From NCBI GenBank assembly GCA_963675295.2, contig CAXXKJ010000002.1:1984001-2048000 (forward strand): a stretch of 64,000 bases of DNA, read 5' to 3'. Numbering within the stretch: position 1 is the stretch's first letter; the number at the start of each line of letters is the position of its first letter. The notes beneath the pieces are model-generated. The model saw only the letters and a list, made by a program, of their open reading frames with translations, searched no databases and was not told where the DNA came from. This stretch comes from a bacterium. Lineage in GTDB: Bacteria > Electryoneota > Electryoneia > Electryoneales > Electryoneaceae. A program made the translations under genes and the position numbers. Below, one piece after another: positions 17,922 to 27,581 of the stretch.

Positions 17922-20522
17922 CGCGCCGACTTCGTTTGCCATCGTGTCGTACAGTTTTCGTCCGAACGCGCTGATCTCATCCCACCGCGACCGGATCTCA
18001 TCCACACTTAAGCCTGCTGCTTCGGCGAATCGTTCGCCTTCCTGGCCGGACACCGGAACGTCACCGCGCCGGTGCGCGCTGGCAAACGTTTGCACCAACT
18101 CCCAGCGCCGCAGCTCGGTGTAGCAGTCAAACGCCCGCCGCCAGTCGGTTTCGTGGTTGTGATCCCGGGATTCGAGCAGCCGCAGACGTGTGAACAGCGA
18201 GTCGCCGGACCCATTGGTGGTCAGGCCAGTGCGCCAGAACGCGAACATCGCCGCAAACTCAAAATCCATCATCCCGCCGCGCGCTTTCTTAATCCGCAGT
18301 ACGCCTTGCTTTGCCCGCGCGAGCTCGCTGGCTTTTTTCCGCGCCTGGTGGATGCGGGGCATCTCATCCGGCGTGGGCGGCATCGCGGCGAATTCTTTCA
18401 GCAGGTGCTGCGCATTGGTGCCGACCCAACGGTCGCCAGTGATGTATCGTGAACGGGCCAACGCCAGCTTCTCCCACGTCGCGGCGCGGGAGCTGAGGTA
18501 GTTTTCCAGCCGCGAGAGGGTGACGCACAGTGGTGCGCCGGATCCTTCGGGACGCAGCCGCGCGTCTGGGGTCAGCCGGCCGTTGAGGGACAGAGTGCTG
18601 AGGAAACCGGTGACCGTGTAGACGGCGTCTGACAGCTTGTCCGATTCGGCTTCGTCGCAGATGAACAGCAGGTCGAGATCGCCGTCCGGAGCCAGTTCAC
18701 GCCCGCCCCATTTTCCTCCGGCGAGCAGGGCGATGCCCGGGTGACGATCTGTTGCATCGAGAACCCCACGCGCGAGCATTGTGGCCAGTTTGTCGACGCC
18801 GTGAGTCCAGGTTTCGGTCAATTCCTCGGGCCCGACGGCACCCGCGAGGAACGCTTCCCCGAGCTGAAAGGTGAGGTCGCCCATCTGCTTGTTCAGCATC
18901 TCGAGCGTACCCATCTCCGGCATCGGGTAGGAGTTCGCGCCGAGACGTTCCCACAGGAACGGGCGCTGGTTGGCTTCCTCGACGATCCGGCGTCCGTGCA
19001 GCAGGATGCGCGAGATGTCACGTTTGACAGCAGGACGTTCGCCGAAGGCCATGGTCCACGTTTCCGGCCCGCCGTACGCCTGCACCGCGGCTTCGAGCCG
19101 GGCCAGGGCATCGGTTGCGGACGGCGAGGTGAACAGGACTTCGGCGTCGAACAGGCGTGTCGCGGGTCCCCAGCGTCCGGAGAGACGATTCAGGATGGAT
19201 TGTGCTCGAGAATCCAGGCGTTGGGCGCCCGGGATGGCGTCGGGTTCTGCTTGCGGGTCGATCGTGGCGGTTCCGGCATAGACGGCTTCAGCAGTATCCG
19301 GCAAAGCTTCCTCAAGGATTTGTTGGGTGGACCGGCAGTGTTGCTGCCAGGTTGTCTCGAAAACCTGCGGAAGTATACCGAAAGCGTACGCCACTCGATT
19401 GTGAGCCAGATCACCGGGATCGGGAACGATGAACCGTGGTTTGCACTCCTCAACCTGCAGGATATGTTCGAGGCGGCGGAGGAACCGGTAGCTGTCAAGC
19501 AGTTGCTCAGCTTGATCGCCGGAGATCAAGTCCGATTGAGCCAGCTGGCGGAGCAGACCGGGCATGCTGCCCTGTCGCAGCGACGGTTCCTGTGCACCCT
19601 CCGCGATCTGGTACGACGCGACGAGGAATTCGATGTCGCGTATACCACCGGGTGCCCGTTTCAGGTCGCGTGGGCGGGCGTTGTCGTGTATGTTGCGCAG
19701 CGAGCGCACGATCGCTTCCATTTTTGTGCGTACATCACCACCCATCGAAAACAGGAAATGGTTCAGCAGTTGCCGGAACCAGGATGGTTCCTCGCCGGAG
19801 ACAGGACGGGCGCGCAGCCATGCGATCCGTTCCCACGAGGATGCGCGTTGCAGGAAATAGCGTTCCGCGAGCGCCAGTGGCCACGCCAGCGGTCCGGCGT
19901 CCCCCTCGGGACGCAACCGCAGGTCGACGGTGTAGACAGGGTTGGTGCGGGATCCGGACATCTGCTTGTTCCAGCCGCGCACCAATCGGTCGCTGGTTTC
20001 CGGATTCAGCTCCGGATCGGCGAAGAACACCGGGTCAATGTCGCTGGCGGCGTTGAGTTCGCGTCCGCCCCATTTACCGAGCGCAAACAGCAGCAGCTGC
20101 GGTGGGTTGGCGTTGACGGAGGCCAGAGTCTGCCGTGACAGCCGGTCGGCGAGCTCGGCGTAAGCGGCGGCTGACTGTTCGACGCCAAGTTCGCCGGTTT
20201 GCTCCCGGGCGACGGTCCACAACCAGGCGACGGTCTTGTATGCTGCGAGTGGCAGGGACGGAATATCTGGAAGATGGTCGCTACCGAGGGCTGAGGACAG
20301 GTGTTCGGTGTGACGCACGGCGAGGTTGACCGGTGCATCCCCGGCGATGACCAGTGCCGCGAGCCGGTTGACGGACTCAGGCTTTGCGAGGATCGGTTCC
20401 GCAATTGTGGCCGGCAGCTGGTCGAGCATGGCGAGACGACGGTCCCGTGCCTGCGGATCGGGATAGTCCGCGAGCCGGTCGAGCAGCGTGGAGCGCAGTG
20501 GGGTGCCGGGATCGTCCATCAT
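17913..20522 (-). CDS. glnE: GlnE-like bifunctional glutamine-synthetase adenylyltransferase/deadenylase
   Basis: Two nucleotidyltransferase domains (GKWGGRELNAASDID...DLRLRPEG...WER; GKWGGRELAPDGDLD...DARLRPEG...WEK), each followed by K..pGGirDiEF. Confidence 0.8.
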   Translation of the reverse strand: MMDDPGTPLRSTLLDRLADYPDPQARDRRLAMLDQLPATIAEPILAKPESVNRLAALVIAGDAPVNLAVRHTEHLSSALGSDHLPDIPSLPLAAYKTVAWLWTVAREQTGELGVEQSAAAYAELADRLSRQTLASVNANPPQLLLFALGKWGGRELNAASDIDPVFFADPELNPETSDRLVRGWNKQMSGSRTNPVYTVDLRLRPEGDAGPLAWPLALAERYFLQRASSWERIAWLRARPVSGEEPSWFRQLLNHFLFSMGGDVRTKMEAIVRSLRNIHDNARPRDLKRAPGGIRDIEFLVASYQIAEGAQEPSLRQGSMPGLLRQLAQSDLISGDQAEQLLDSYRFLRRLEHILQVEECKPRFIVPDPGDLAHNRVAYAFGILPQVFETTWQQHCRSTQQILEEALPDTAEAVYAGTATIDPQAEPDAIPGAQRLDSRAQSILNRLSGRWGPATRLFDAEVLFTSPSATDALARLEAAVQAYGGPETWTMAFGERPAVKRDISRILLHGRRIVEEANQRPFLWERLGANSYPMPEMGTLEMLNKQMGDLTFQLGEAFLAGAVGPEELTETWTHGVDKLATMLARGVLDATDRHPGIALLAGGKWGGRELAPDGDLDLLFICDEAESDKLSDAVYTVTGFLSTLSLNGRLTPDARLRPEGSGAPLCVTLSRLENYLSSRAATWEKLALARSRYITGDRWVGTNAQHLLKEFAAMPPTPDEMPRIHQARKKASELARAKQGVLRIKKARGGMMDFEFAAMFAFWRTGLTTNGSGDSLFTRLRLLESRDHNHETDWRRAFDCYTELRRWELVQTFASAHRRGDVPVSGQEGERFAEAAGLSVDEIRSRWDEISAFGRKLYDTMANEVGALQ

Positions 20523-20528
20523 GGCGGG

Positions 20529-20557
20529 AAGGTAGGGCGGTCATGGGATACGGGCAA
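20529..20557 (-). promoter_or_regulatory. Promoter of the glnE-like gene, predicting a leaderless transcript
   Basis: TTGCCC-N17-TACCTT on the minus strand; ATG 20522 begins 7 nt from the -10 box; no SD. Confidence 0.55.
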
Positions 20558-20682
20558 TTCTTCGCGACTGCGGAATCGTGGAGCCCGTGGACAATCAGAT
20601 GCAAACAGAGTCGTGATGGACTGGCGTTTCGCCCTGTTGAAGTGCCATGTTTCTCTGTTCTTGAAACGCGGAGGAGGTGGGG

Positions 20683-23325
20683 ATGAAACGGTTGCTGACA
20701 GTCTTGATTCTAATCACGCTGACTGCGGGAGTGGCGCAGGCGACGCCCTATGTCGATCCACAGGAATTGCACGAACAGGCAGAGCTTCGCGCGCGTACCG
20801 TGCCGCGAGGTCCGCTGACATTTGACGGGATTCTGGACACACGCAATGTCGCCGACAGTGTGCTGACAGTCGAATATCTCCAGATGCTCGACTGGCTCAC
20901 CACGATGCAGGAACTCGGTCCGGGAGAGGATTTCGGCGGCATGCACGAGGGCGAGACGACGACGTGGGATATCGTTCAGACTGACAACACCCAGGAAGCG
21001 TTGCGGGACTGGTCGCATTATGCCCGCATCACCGGCGATCTCGACCGCTACGAGGTAAATGTGGACGCTGCCTGGACCTATACGTTAAACAATCCTGCCT
21101 ATCTCGAGGAGGGCGGAGGAGATCCGAACTATTACCGCGTCCACAATTGCGGCTGGGCGCTGGTCGCGGCAATGGAATACACCGAGGCGTACGGGGAGGA
21201 CGACGACTACCTGGCGTACGCCGATTCCTGCGCCCGATATCTCGACACCTGGCGCCTGACCTGGCCGGAAACAGGCGTGTATGTCAACCCGCTCTCCGCG
21301 TCGTTCGGTGCGGGAGCGTTGCATACCTACGCCCTGTGGCGGGACAACGCCCAGTGGGAGATTGCCGCCGAAGAGATCGCGATGAGTGTGAAGCAGTGGA
21401 TCGAGGCGGACCCGGAACGGCTCAACTACAACGAGATATGGGCGATGAGTGGCGGCACGGCGATGTGGGGAATCATTACCGCCCTGTTCCTCGACAATGT
21501 GCCCGCCGGGGAAGCGTGGCTGCCGAACTACCTCCCCTACATGGACACCTACTCCGGGTCCGGACAGTGGAACAACTCATGGACGGTCTGGTACGGCTTC
21601 GCATGGAACCGGGCGCATGATGTGCTCGACACGCAGGAGACGCTCGACAACGCAATCGTGGTCGCCGATTACATGCTCGCGGAAGGCGATCTGGATGACG
21701 ACGCGGGCGTGCCCGGCACAGAAGGGTTAAGCCAGGACGACCAGTCCTGGACCAGCGCCTACCAGGTCTGGTATGAGCTGGAACAGCTGATTCACCGCAA
21801 TCCGGAAGGTCCGGATCCGACGGTGCTCGGGCTGACCGGCATGCCGGACACCTGGCCGCTGATCGTCGGCTTGGAAACGCCGGTCGCCGGCGAGATTGCC
21901 AACGCCGGGCTGCTGCCCAGCCCACCGGACAATTTGCTCTGTTCGTTGACCTTCACGTTGCCGGATCAAACGGTGACGGTCGATGAAATCCCGGTGCCGT
22001 TCGGGACCGTCGTCTCCGGCTCGATGGGCATGTGGACCCCGCAGCAGGCGGGCACGGTGACGATCTCGCTCGAGGTCAGCGCGCCGGGCGATGTCAACCT
22101 CGACAACAACACGTATTCGCAGCAGTTCACGGTACATCCGGCGCGGACGATCAGCGGGGTGATGCTCGACTCATTGACCAACGAACCGATCGAAGGCGAA
22201 GTCCACTGGACGCAGCTCGATCTGGAACCGGTGCGTGAGGGCACCGTCGCGATCGACCCGTCCACGGGAGAGTACTCGTTAACGGTCGCAGAGGGCACCT
22301 ACGAGCTGCATGCGCAGCCGAGTGTAACCCCATACCCGCCTCGCACGGTCCTAGTAACGGTCACGAACTCGGATATCGACGACGCCGACTTTCTCATTCC
22401 GCCGTCATCGGTGATGTATGTGACCACGAATGCTGATGCGACAAGCGACACGCTGCTGATGGACGCGTTCGCGGCGAACGGGAAGGAAATGTTCGTCTGG
22501 AACTACAACGAACGCGGTTTGCCCGGTGAGGATATCCTCACGGAACAGCTGGATGTGTTGATCTGGAGCGTGGAGCAGGGGTCAGACCTCAGCTTCGATC
22601 CGGACCAGTGGAACCAGATCACCACGTTCCTCGCAGATGAGGACAGCCGTTCCGGAATGCTGTTCTCTGGCGACGGCGTGATGCACTCGCTGAGCGAGGA
22701 CCAGCGCAGCCGGCTCGGTGTTGAGCTGGGAATGGCCGATCAGATCGGGCCGATCATCGCTGGCACAAATGATCCGGTACTGCCGGCGTCCGATTCGCTG
22801 TTTGTCGGCGCACTGCTGCCGCAGCAGGCGGTGGATGAGGTGATTCCGGTGAGCCAGGCGGCAGAAACGATCGGGATCGCGTTGGGGCCGGACATTTCGG
22901 CCGGTGCATTGATCGACCGCTGGGCGCAGATCGGTATCGGCGTGCTCAGCTTCAGCGTTGAGGGGATTAACGATCTCGGCGGCCGGTTCGTGTCCCGCGA
23001 AGAGTTCGTTGGCCGGCTGCTGGACTGGTTCGGCACGACGACCGAGGTAGCGGAATCCGGGCAGACGTCCGAACTGTTGCCGGACGCATGGTCGTTGCGT
23101 GCGTGGCCGAACCCGTTCAACCCGTCGCTGCACATTGAGGTGAACGCGGCAGCGGAAACAAACCTGGTGCTCTTTGACATTCTCGGCCGGGAGGTGACCC
23201 GATGGAATGTCAAGGGCAACCGTACCTTGCACTGGGAAGCGACCGGGCTGGCGACGGGGATGTATTTCCTGCGTCTCGATGCCGGACCGCACACACGTGT
23301 ACAGAAACTGGTGTTGCTGCGCTGA
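20683..23325 (+). CDS. Large secreted multidomain protein: N-terminal helical (alpha/alpha-toroid-like) domain, CARDB/Ig-like and carboxypeptidase-regulatory-like domains, C-terminal sorting domain
   Basis: Signal peptide (AQA); GDVNLDNNT and ISGVMLDSLTNEPI motifs; C-terminal AWPNPFNPS...FDILGREV...LATGMYFLRL...KLVLLR (T9SS/FlgD-like CTD). Confidence 0.8.
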   Translation: MKRLLTVLILITLTAGVAQATPYVDPQELHEQAELRARTVPRGPLTFDGILDTRNVADSVLTVEYLQMLDWLTTMQELGPGEDFGGMHEGETTTWDIVQTDNTQEALRDWSHYARITGDLDRYEVNVDAAWTYTLNNPAYLEEGGGDPNYYRVHNCGWALVAAMEYTEAYGEDDDYLAYADSCARYLDTWRLTWPETGVYVNPLSASFGAGALHTYALWRDNAQWEIAAEEIAMSVKQWIEADPERLNYNEIWAMSGGTAMWGIITALFLDNVPAGEAWLPNYLPYMDTYSGSGQWNNSWTVWYGFAWNRAHDVLDTQETLDNAIVVADYMLAEGDLDDDAGVPGTEGLSQDDQSWTSAYQVWYELEQLIHRNPEGPDPTVLGLTGMPDTWPLIVGLETPVAGEIANAGLLPSPPDNLLCSLTFTLPDQTVTVDEIPVPFGTVVSGSMGMWTPQQAGTVTISLEVSAPGDVNLDNNTYSQQFTVHPARTISGVMLDSLTNEPIEGEVHWTQLDLEPVREGTVAIDPSTGEYSLTVAEGTYELHAQPSVTPYPPRTVLVTVTNSDIDDADFLIPPSSVMYVTTNADATSDTLLMDAFAANGKEMFVWNYNERGLPGEDILTEQLDVLIWSVEQGSDLSFDPDQWNQITTFLADEDSRSGMLFSGDGVMHSLSEDQRSRLGVELGMADQIGPIIAGTNDPVLPASDSLFVGALLPQQAVDEVIPVSQAAETIGIALGPDISAGALIDRWAQIGIGVLSFSVEGINDLGGRFVSREEFVGRLLDWFGTTTEVAESGQTSELLPDAWSLRAWPNPFNPSLHIEVNAAAETNLVLFDILGREVTRWNVKGNRTLHWEATGLATGMYFLRLDAGPHTRVQKLVLLR

Positions 23326-23394
23326 TGGTGGTACACCGGATCGGACAACGTGTTGCGTGGCTCGACATGGCTGGAACTTCTCAGGCAGGTCATG

Positions 23395-23423
23395 TTGCCG
23401 CATACCCGCGTCCGCCTTATCTT
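23395..23423 (+). promoter_or_regulatory. Promoter of the partner-switching operon
   Basis: TTGCCG-N17-TATCTT. Confidence 0.5.
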
Positions 23424-23490
23424 GCGTGATCGAATTTCGGCGGAATGACCGTCGATGGGGAGAGGAACCGATTCTTCGAGGGAGCACTCG

Positions 23491-23832
23491 ATGAAACTCA
23501 AAAGTGAACGCCATGGCAGCGTGGTCGTGATGGAGTTGAAGGGCAAAGTGATGGGCGGCCCGGACGCGACCGTGTTCCGTGATGAATTGAAGAAGCATCT
23601 GGATGATGGCATCCGCAAGGTCGTGGTTGACCTCGGCAGGGTGGACTGGATGAACTCGTCCGGGCTGGGGATTCTCATCGGTGGGTTAACCACGGTGAAG
23701 AACCTCAGCGGCGAGATGAAGCTTGCCCGCACGACGGACAAGATCCAGTCCCTGCTGATGATCACCAAGTTGGTGCAGGTGTTCGACACCCACGAAAGCG
23801 TGGAATCGGCCATCGCCTCATTCAGCGAGTAG
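23491..23832 (+). CDS. STAS-domain anti-sigma factor antagonist (RsbV/SpoIIAA-like)
   Basis: VVVDLGRVDWMNSSGLGIL phospho-Ser motif; GGAG SD before ATG 23491. Confidence 0.9.
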   Translation: MKLKSERHGSVVVMELKGKVMGGPDATVFRDELKKHLDDGIRKVVVDLGRVDWMNSSGLGILIGGLTTVKNLSGEMKLARTTDKIQSLLMITKLVQVFDTHESVESAIASFSE

Positions 23833-23880
23833 TTCGCAACGGGAAAGCCTGCCCGTAGTTGTGGGACTGGCGGTTAAGCG

Positions 23881-25323
23881 ATGAACAGTACGCTGACGCG
23901 CACCGAAGATCTCGAGCAGTTGCTGGACATGTTGCGGACGCACCGTGCGCGGCTGGCGGACACGGGGCAGGTGGAAAATCCGGCGGATCTGGCGGTTTTT
24001 CTCGCCGCGCTGGATGATCGCCTGTCGCAGCTCGTGCTCAGCCTGAACAAGAGCCTCGAGTTCGAGCTGTTGCGGAAAACCGCGCTGCTGCTTGCCCGTG
24101 CAGTTGAGCAGGAAGAAGTACTCGAGGCGATGCTGGATGGTTTGAAGCAGGTCCTGCGCTACGACGCCGGTGGGATTTACCTCGTCGATTCGAACCCGCC
24201 GAAGGTGGATCCGGACGACGAGAACAGCGCCCCGGCACCGCAGGACGGTATTGAGCTGAGCGCGTTGCTGGTGCGTGGGTACGACGAGGAAGAACACCGC
24301 AAGTTCAAGCAGAAGTTGAATGAGGGCATTGTCGGCTGGGTGATTGCCAACGGCAAGCCGCAGGTCGTCAATGAAACTCAGAAAGATAGCCGTTACATCG
24401 AACTTCGGCGTGAAACGCGGAGTGAAATAGCTGTACCGATCATCACTCGCGACACGGTGATCGGCGCGATCAACCTGGAGGCGGATCGCGTCGCGGCGTT
24501 TCCGGAGGAAAGCCTCAGCCTGCTGGAGAATTTGTCCAGTTATGCGACAGTCGCCTTGGAACGGGCGAAGATTCACCGGCAGTTAATGGAGGCGCGCGGG
24601 GTTGAACGCGAGCTTGAAATTGCTCGTGAGATTCAGAACAAGCTGTTGCCGGTAGAGCTGCCGAAGCTGCCAGACTTCGAGCTTGCCGGGCTGAATGTCC
24701 CGTCTGAGTTGGTCGGTGGCGATTATTTCGATTTCATCCCGCTCACCGACAAGGACATCGGGATTGTGGTCGCGGATGTGGCTGGCAAAGGATTTGCAGC
24801 TGGACTTGTGATGGCCAGTTTGCGCTCCGCGTTGCGCATGAGAGTGGAAACGACGTACAGCATTCGTACAGTCATGGGTATCATAAACCGGTTTCTGTAC
24901 GATTCGACTGGTCCGGAACGATACGTTACCACGTTTTACGGAGTTCTGGACTCCCTGACCGGCCGGTTTACGTATGTGAACGCCGGTCATAATGCGCCGA
25001 TCCTGGTCCATGCGGACAAACGTGTGGCGCAGTTGACAACCGGTGGCCCGCTGCTTGGAGTGATCCGCGAAGCCGAATATGCCGAAGCGATCGCCGAACT
25101 CGAGCCGGGCTCGTTGCTGATCCTGTACACGGACGGCATCGTCGAAGCCGGTGGAGATCACGGAGAAGAATTCGGAGAAGATCGTATCGTCCAGCTCGCG
25201 CTCGCAAACAAGGACAAACCGGCGGAGGATATCGCCAGGACGATTGAACGGGCGGCAGTAAAGTTTCATGGCAACGCCAGCCCGATAGACGACCGAACCG
25301 TACTGGTGGTGAAGCATCTATGA
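23881..25323 (+). CDS. GAF-domain PP2C/SpoIIE phosphatase (RsbU-like)
   Basis: GAF (GIVGWV, SEIAVPI), VGGDYFD, ADVAGKG, NAGH, LYTDG, DDRT. Confidence 0.92.
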   Translation: MNSTLTRTEDLEQLLDMLRTHRARLADTGQVENPADLAVFLAALDDRLSQLVLSLNKSLEFELLRKTALLLARAVEQEEVLEAMLDGLKQVLRYDAGGIYLVDSNPPKVDPDDENSAPAPQDGIELSALLVRGYDEEEHRKFKQKLNEGIVGWVIANGKPQVVNETQKDSRYIELRRETRSEIAVPIITRDTVIGAINLEADRVAAFPEESLSLLENLSSYATVALERAKIHRQLMEARGVERELEIAREIQNKLLPVELPKLPDFELAGLNVPSELVGGDYFDFIPLTDKDIGIVVADVAGKGFAAGLVMASLRSALRMRVETTYSIRTVMGIINRFLYDSTGPERYVTTFYGVLDSLTGRFTYVNAGHNAPILVHADKRVAQLTTGGPLLGVIREAEYAEAIAELEPGSLLILYTDGIVEAGGDHGEEFGEDRIVQLALANKDKPAEDIARTIERAAVKFHGNASPIDDRTVLVVKHL

Positions 25324-25745
25324 ACGCTGAAACGAAACTGATCATCCCCTCCGATCCCGCCCGGCTGGAAGAGGTGGATACGTTTGCGGAACGCTGGATG
25401 GACGGGATGCCGTTTTCCGAGGACCAGCGATACGACATCGCCATCTCGCTGTCAGAGGCGGTGAACAACGCCATCGAACATGGCAACGCCGGCGACTCGA
25501 CAAAGAAGGTCACCATCATCCTCACTCGCATGGACGGCGGGATTCACATCAAGGTCAGCGACGAAGGCGGTGGCTTCAATCCCAGCTTGGTTAAGGATCC
25601 GACAGACCCCGAGAACCTGCTCTCCGAATCCGGCCGAGGATTGTTGATCATCAGTCACCTGATGGACGAAGTCAAAGTCGAACCCTGCAAGGCCGGCACC
25701 TGTATCGAACTGGTCAAGCGGTTCAGCTCGAGCAAGGCCAGCTGA
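25320..25745 (+). CDS. Anti-sigma factor Ser kinase (RsbW-like HATPase_c)
   Basis: EAVNNAIEHGN, DEGGGF, GRGLLII; ATGA overlap with the upstream gene. Confidence 0.9.
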   Translation: MNAETKLIIPSDPARLEEVDTFAERWMDGMPFSEDQRYDIAISLSEAVNNAIEHGNAGDSTKKVTIILTRMDGGIHIKVSDEGGGFNPSLVKDPTDPENLLSESGRGLLIISHLMDEVKVEPCKAGTCIELVKRFSSSKAS

Positions 25746-25865
25746 CCTGACGACTTGAGCTTTTCTAAGACCTGGACTCTCTCACGTTTTCTACCGTCAC
25801 CCCTCTCTCAGCCGTACCTTCCTGACCGTTCCAGCTTTCGTAAACCCTGACCCTGAGTGTGTAGC

Positions 25866-26594
25866 ATGAATGTCCTTGGCCGGAAACCGGTGCTTGAACT
25901 GTTGCAGTCAGATCGTCCCGTCAAACGGGTCACCATCGTGCTCGGCACGCAGGGCCGCATCATCGGCGAGATCATCAAGGCCGCGAAGGCGAAGAATGTC
26001 CGCGTCGACCGCATCCCGTCGGAACGGGCGAAGCAGGTTATCGGCCCCGGCAACCATCAGGGTGTGATGGCTGAGGTGTCGCCGGTGACGTTTCACACGC
26101 TCAACGACCTCAACGATACCATCCCGATCACCCATGGCCTGATTGTCGCGCTGGACGGCGTCACCGATCCGCACCACCTCGGCGCGATCGCGCGAAGTGC
26201 GCTGGCGGCTGGCTGCGACGCGATCCTGCTCCCGGAACGGCGTGGAGCGACCCCCAACGATACCGCGCTGAAGGCGTCCGCCGGGACGATGCTGCGGCTG
26301 CCGGTGATCGTCGAGACCAACTTATCGCGTGCCATCGAGCTGCTGAAGAAGGACGGCTGGTGGGTGCATGGCACGACAGGTGCCGAAGGGTCGAACCTGT
26401 GGGATCACACCTGGGACGAGATGACGGTGCTTGTCATCGGCAGCGAGGGGGAGGGGATCTCCCCGCGCGTGCTCAGCTTCTGCGATCACCAGGTGCGCAT
26501 TCCGATGGCGGCGGACGTGGAATCGTTGTCGGCGTCCGCCGCAGCCTCGGTGATCCTGTTCGACATTGCACGCAAACGCGGGCTCGAGGGCTGA
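25866..26594 (+). CDS. rlmB: 23S rRNA Gm2251 methyltransferase (TrmH/SpoU family)
   Basis: HQGV, LDGVTDPHHLGAI.RS, IGSEGEG, IPM..VESL. Confidence 0.85.
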   Translation: MNVLGRKPVLELLQSDRPVKRVTIVLGTQGRIIGEIIKAAKAKNVRVDRIPSERAKQVIGPGNHQGVMAEVSPVTFHTLNDLNDTIPITHGLIVALDGVTDPHHLGAIARSALAAGCDAILLPERRGATPNDTALKASAGTMLRLPVIVETNLSRAIELLKKDGWWVHGTTGAEGSNLWDHTWDEMTVLVIGSEGEGISPRVLSFCDHQVRIPMAADVESLSASAAASVILFDIARKRGLEG

Positions 26595-26619
26595 ACCCGG
26601 CCGCGAATCCTGGAGGGTT

Positions 26620-27099
26620 TTATCCGGACAGCGGGTTCTCGTGATCGGACCCGAGCTCGAAGCGTCCGCTTCCCGGGTCGCGTTCCCGTTGCACCAACGG
26701 CAGCAGGCGTGAGTCGGCCAGCGCCGCGGTACGGTGGGCGAGCGCACTGAGACTGCTTTCCTCGCTGGCGAACTGCAGGAAGGTCCGCAGCGACGTCTGC
26801 CGCACCAGCATCACGCAATCCCACCGCTCGTCCGACGGTCCGATCAGGAACTTCCCGGCATTCCCCAGCAGCAGCACATCTCCACCACTGCGCCGCAGCA
26901 ATGGCAACATCTCATCCATGTACCGCTGGTAGGCTTCACGCCCGGAGATGGCAGGTTCAGGTGCCTGGTCCGGAGTCGCGGAGTAGTCGGCGATCTCGCG
27001 GAAACGCAGCAGGTTCAGCATCACCACCTCGCCGTCATACGGCCGCGAGAACAGGTCGCGCCCGGCTTCCTCGGTGACGTTCAGGTAGGTCTGGCTCAT
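26620..27099 (-). CDS. DUF1330-like dimeric alpha-beta barrel protein
   Basis: VVMLNLLRFR, SGREAYQRY, ERWD, HRTAALADSRL motifs. Confidence 0.75.
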   Translation of the reverse strand: MSQTYLNVTEEAGRDLFSRPYDGEVVMLNLLRFREIADYSATPDQAPEPAISGREAYQRYMDEMLPLLRRSGGDVLLLGNAGKFLIGPSDERWDCVMLVRQTSLRTFLQFASEESSLSALAHRTAALADSRLLPLVQRERDPGSGRFELGSDHENPLSG

Positions 27100-27521
27100 C
27101 GCGCACCTCCCGGCAGATGATTCAGCAGCTCGGAAAGCGTCGCCTTGCCGTCATCTCCGAGGGGTGCGAACAACCGTTCGGCGCTGTCCGCGAGGGTCTC
27201 GTTCGCTTCCGCAAGGATGCGGGCTCCGGCCTCGGTCAGTTTAACCAGGCTGACGCGTGCATCACGGGGATGCTCCTCTTTCGCGACCAAGCCGATTTTT
27301 TCCATCGGATTCAGCATACGGGTGATGCCGGACGCGGTCAGGCCGGTCTGATCCGCAAGGTCGATCCGGCGCAGGGTGTGGTTCGGTGCCTGCTCGAGCA
27401 GGTCCAGCACCGCGATTTCACTCAGGCTGATGCCGTGCGCGCTGAGGCTGCCGTTGACACGTTTCACCAGCTGGGCGTGCAGGGAGGTCAGGCGTAACAA
27501 CAGGTCTTTTTCCTGGGACAT
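27096..27521 (-). CDS. MarR family transcriptional regulator
   Basis: wHTH (LTASGITRMLNPMEKIGLV), DARVSLVKLTEAG. Confidence 0.9.
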   Translation of the reverse strand: MSQEKDLLLRLTSLHAQLVKRVNGSLSAHGISLSEIAVLDLLEQAPNHTLRRIDLADQTGLTASGITRMLNPMEKIGLVAKEEHPRDARVSLVKLTEAGARILAEANETLADSAERLFAPLGDDGKATLSELLNHLPGGAR

Positions 27522-27541
27522 GTGTTTCTCTTGTTAGATTG

Positions 27542-27581
27542 TTGAGTGATCAAGTATACTGCAAACATTTCTGTTGTGCAA
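27542..27581 (-). promoter_or_regulatory. marR promoter with an overlapping inverted-repeat operator
   Basis: TTGCAC-N17-TATACT on the minus strand; TTGA-gtga-TCAA palindrome (27542-27553) over the predicted start site. Confidence 0.55.
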
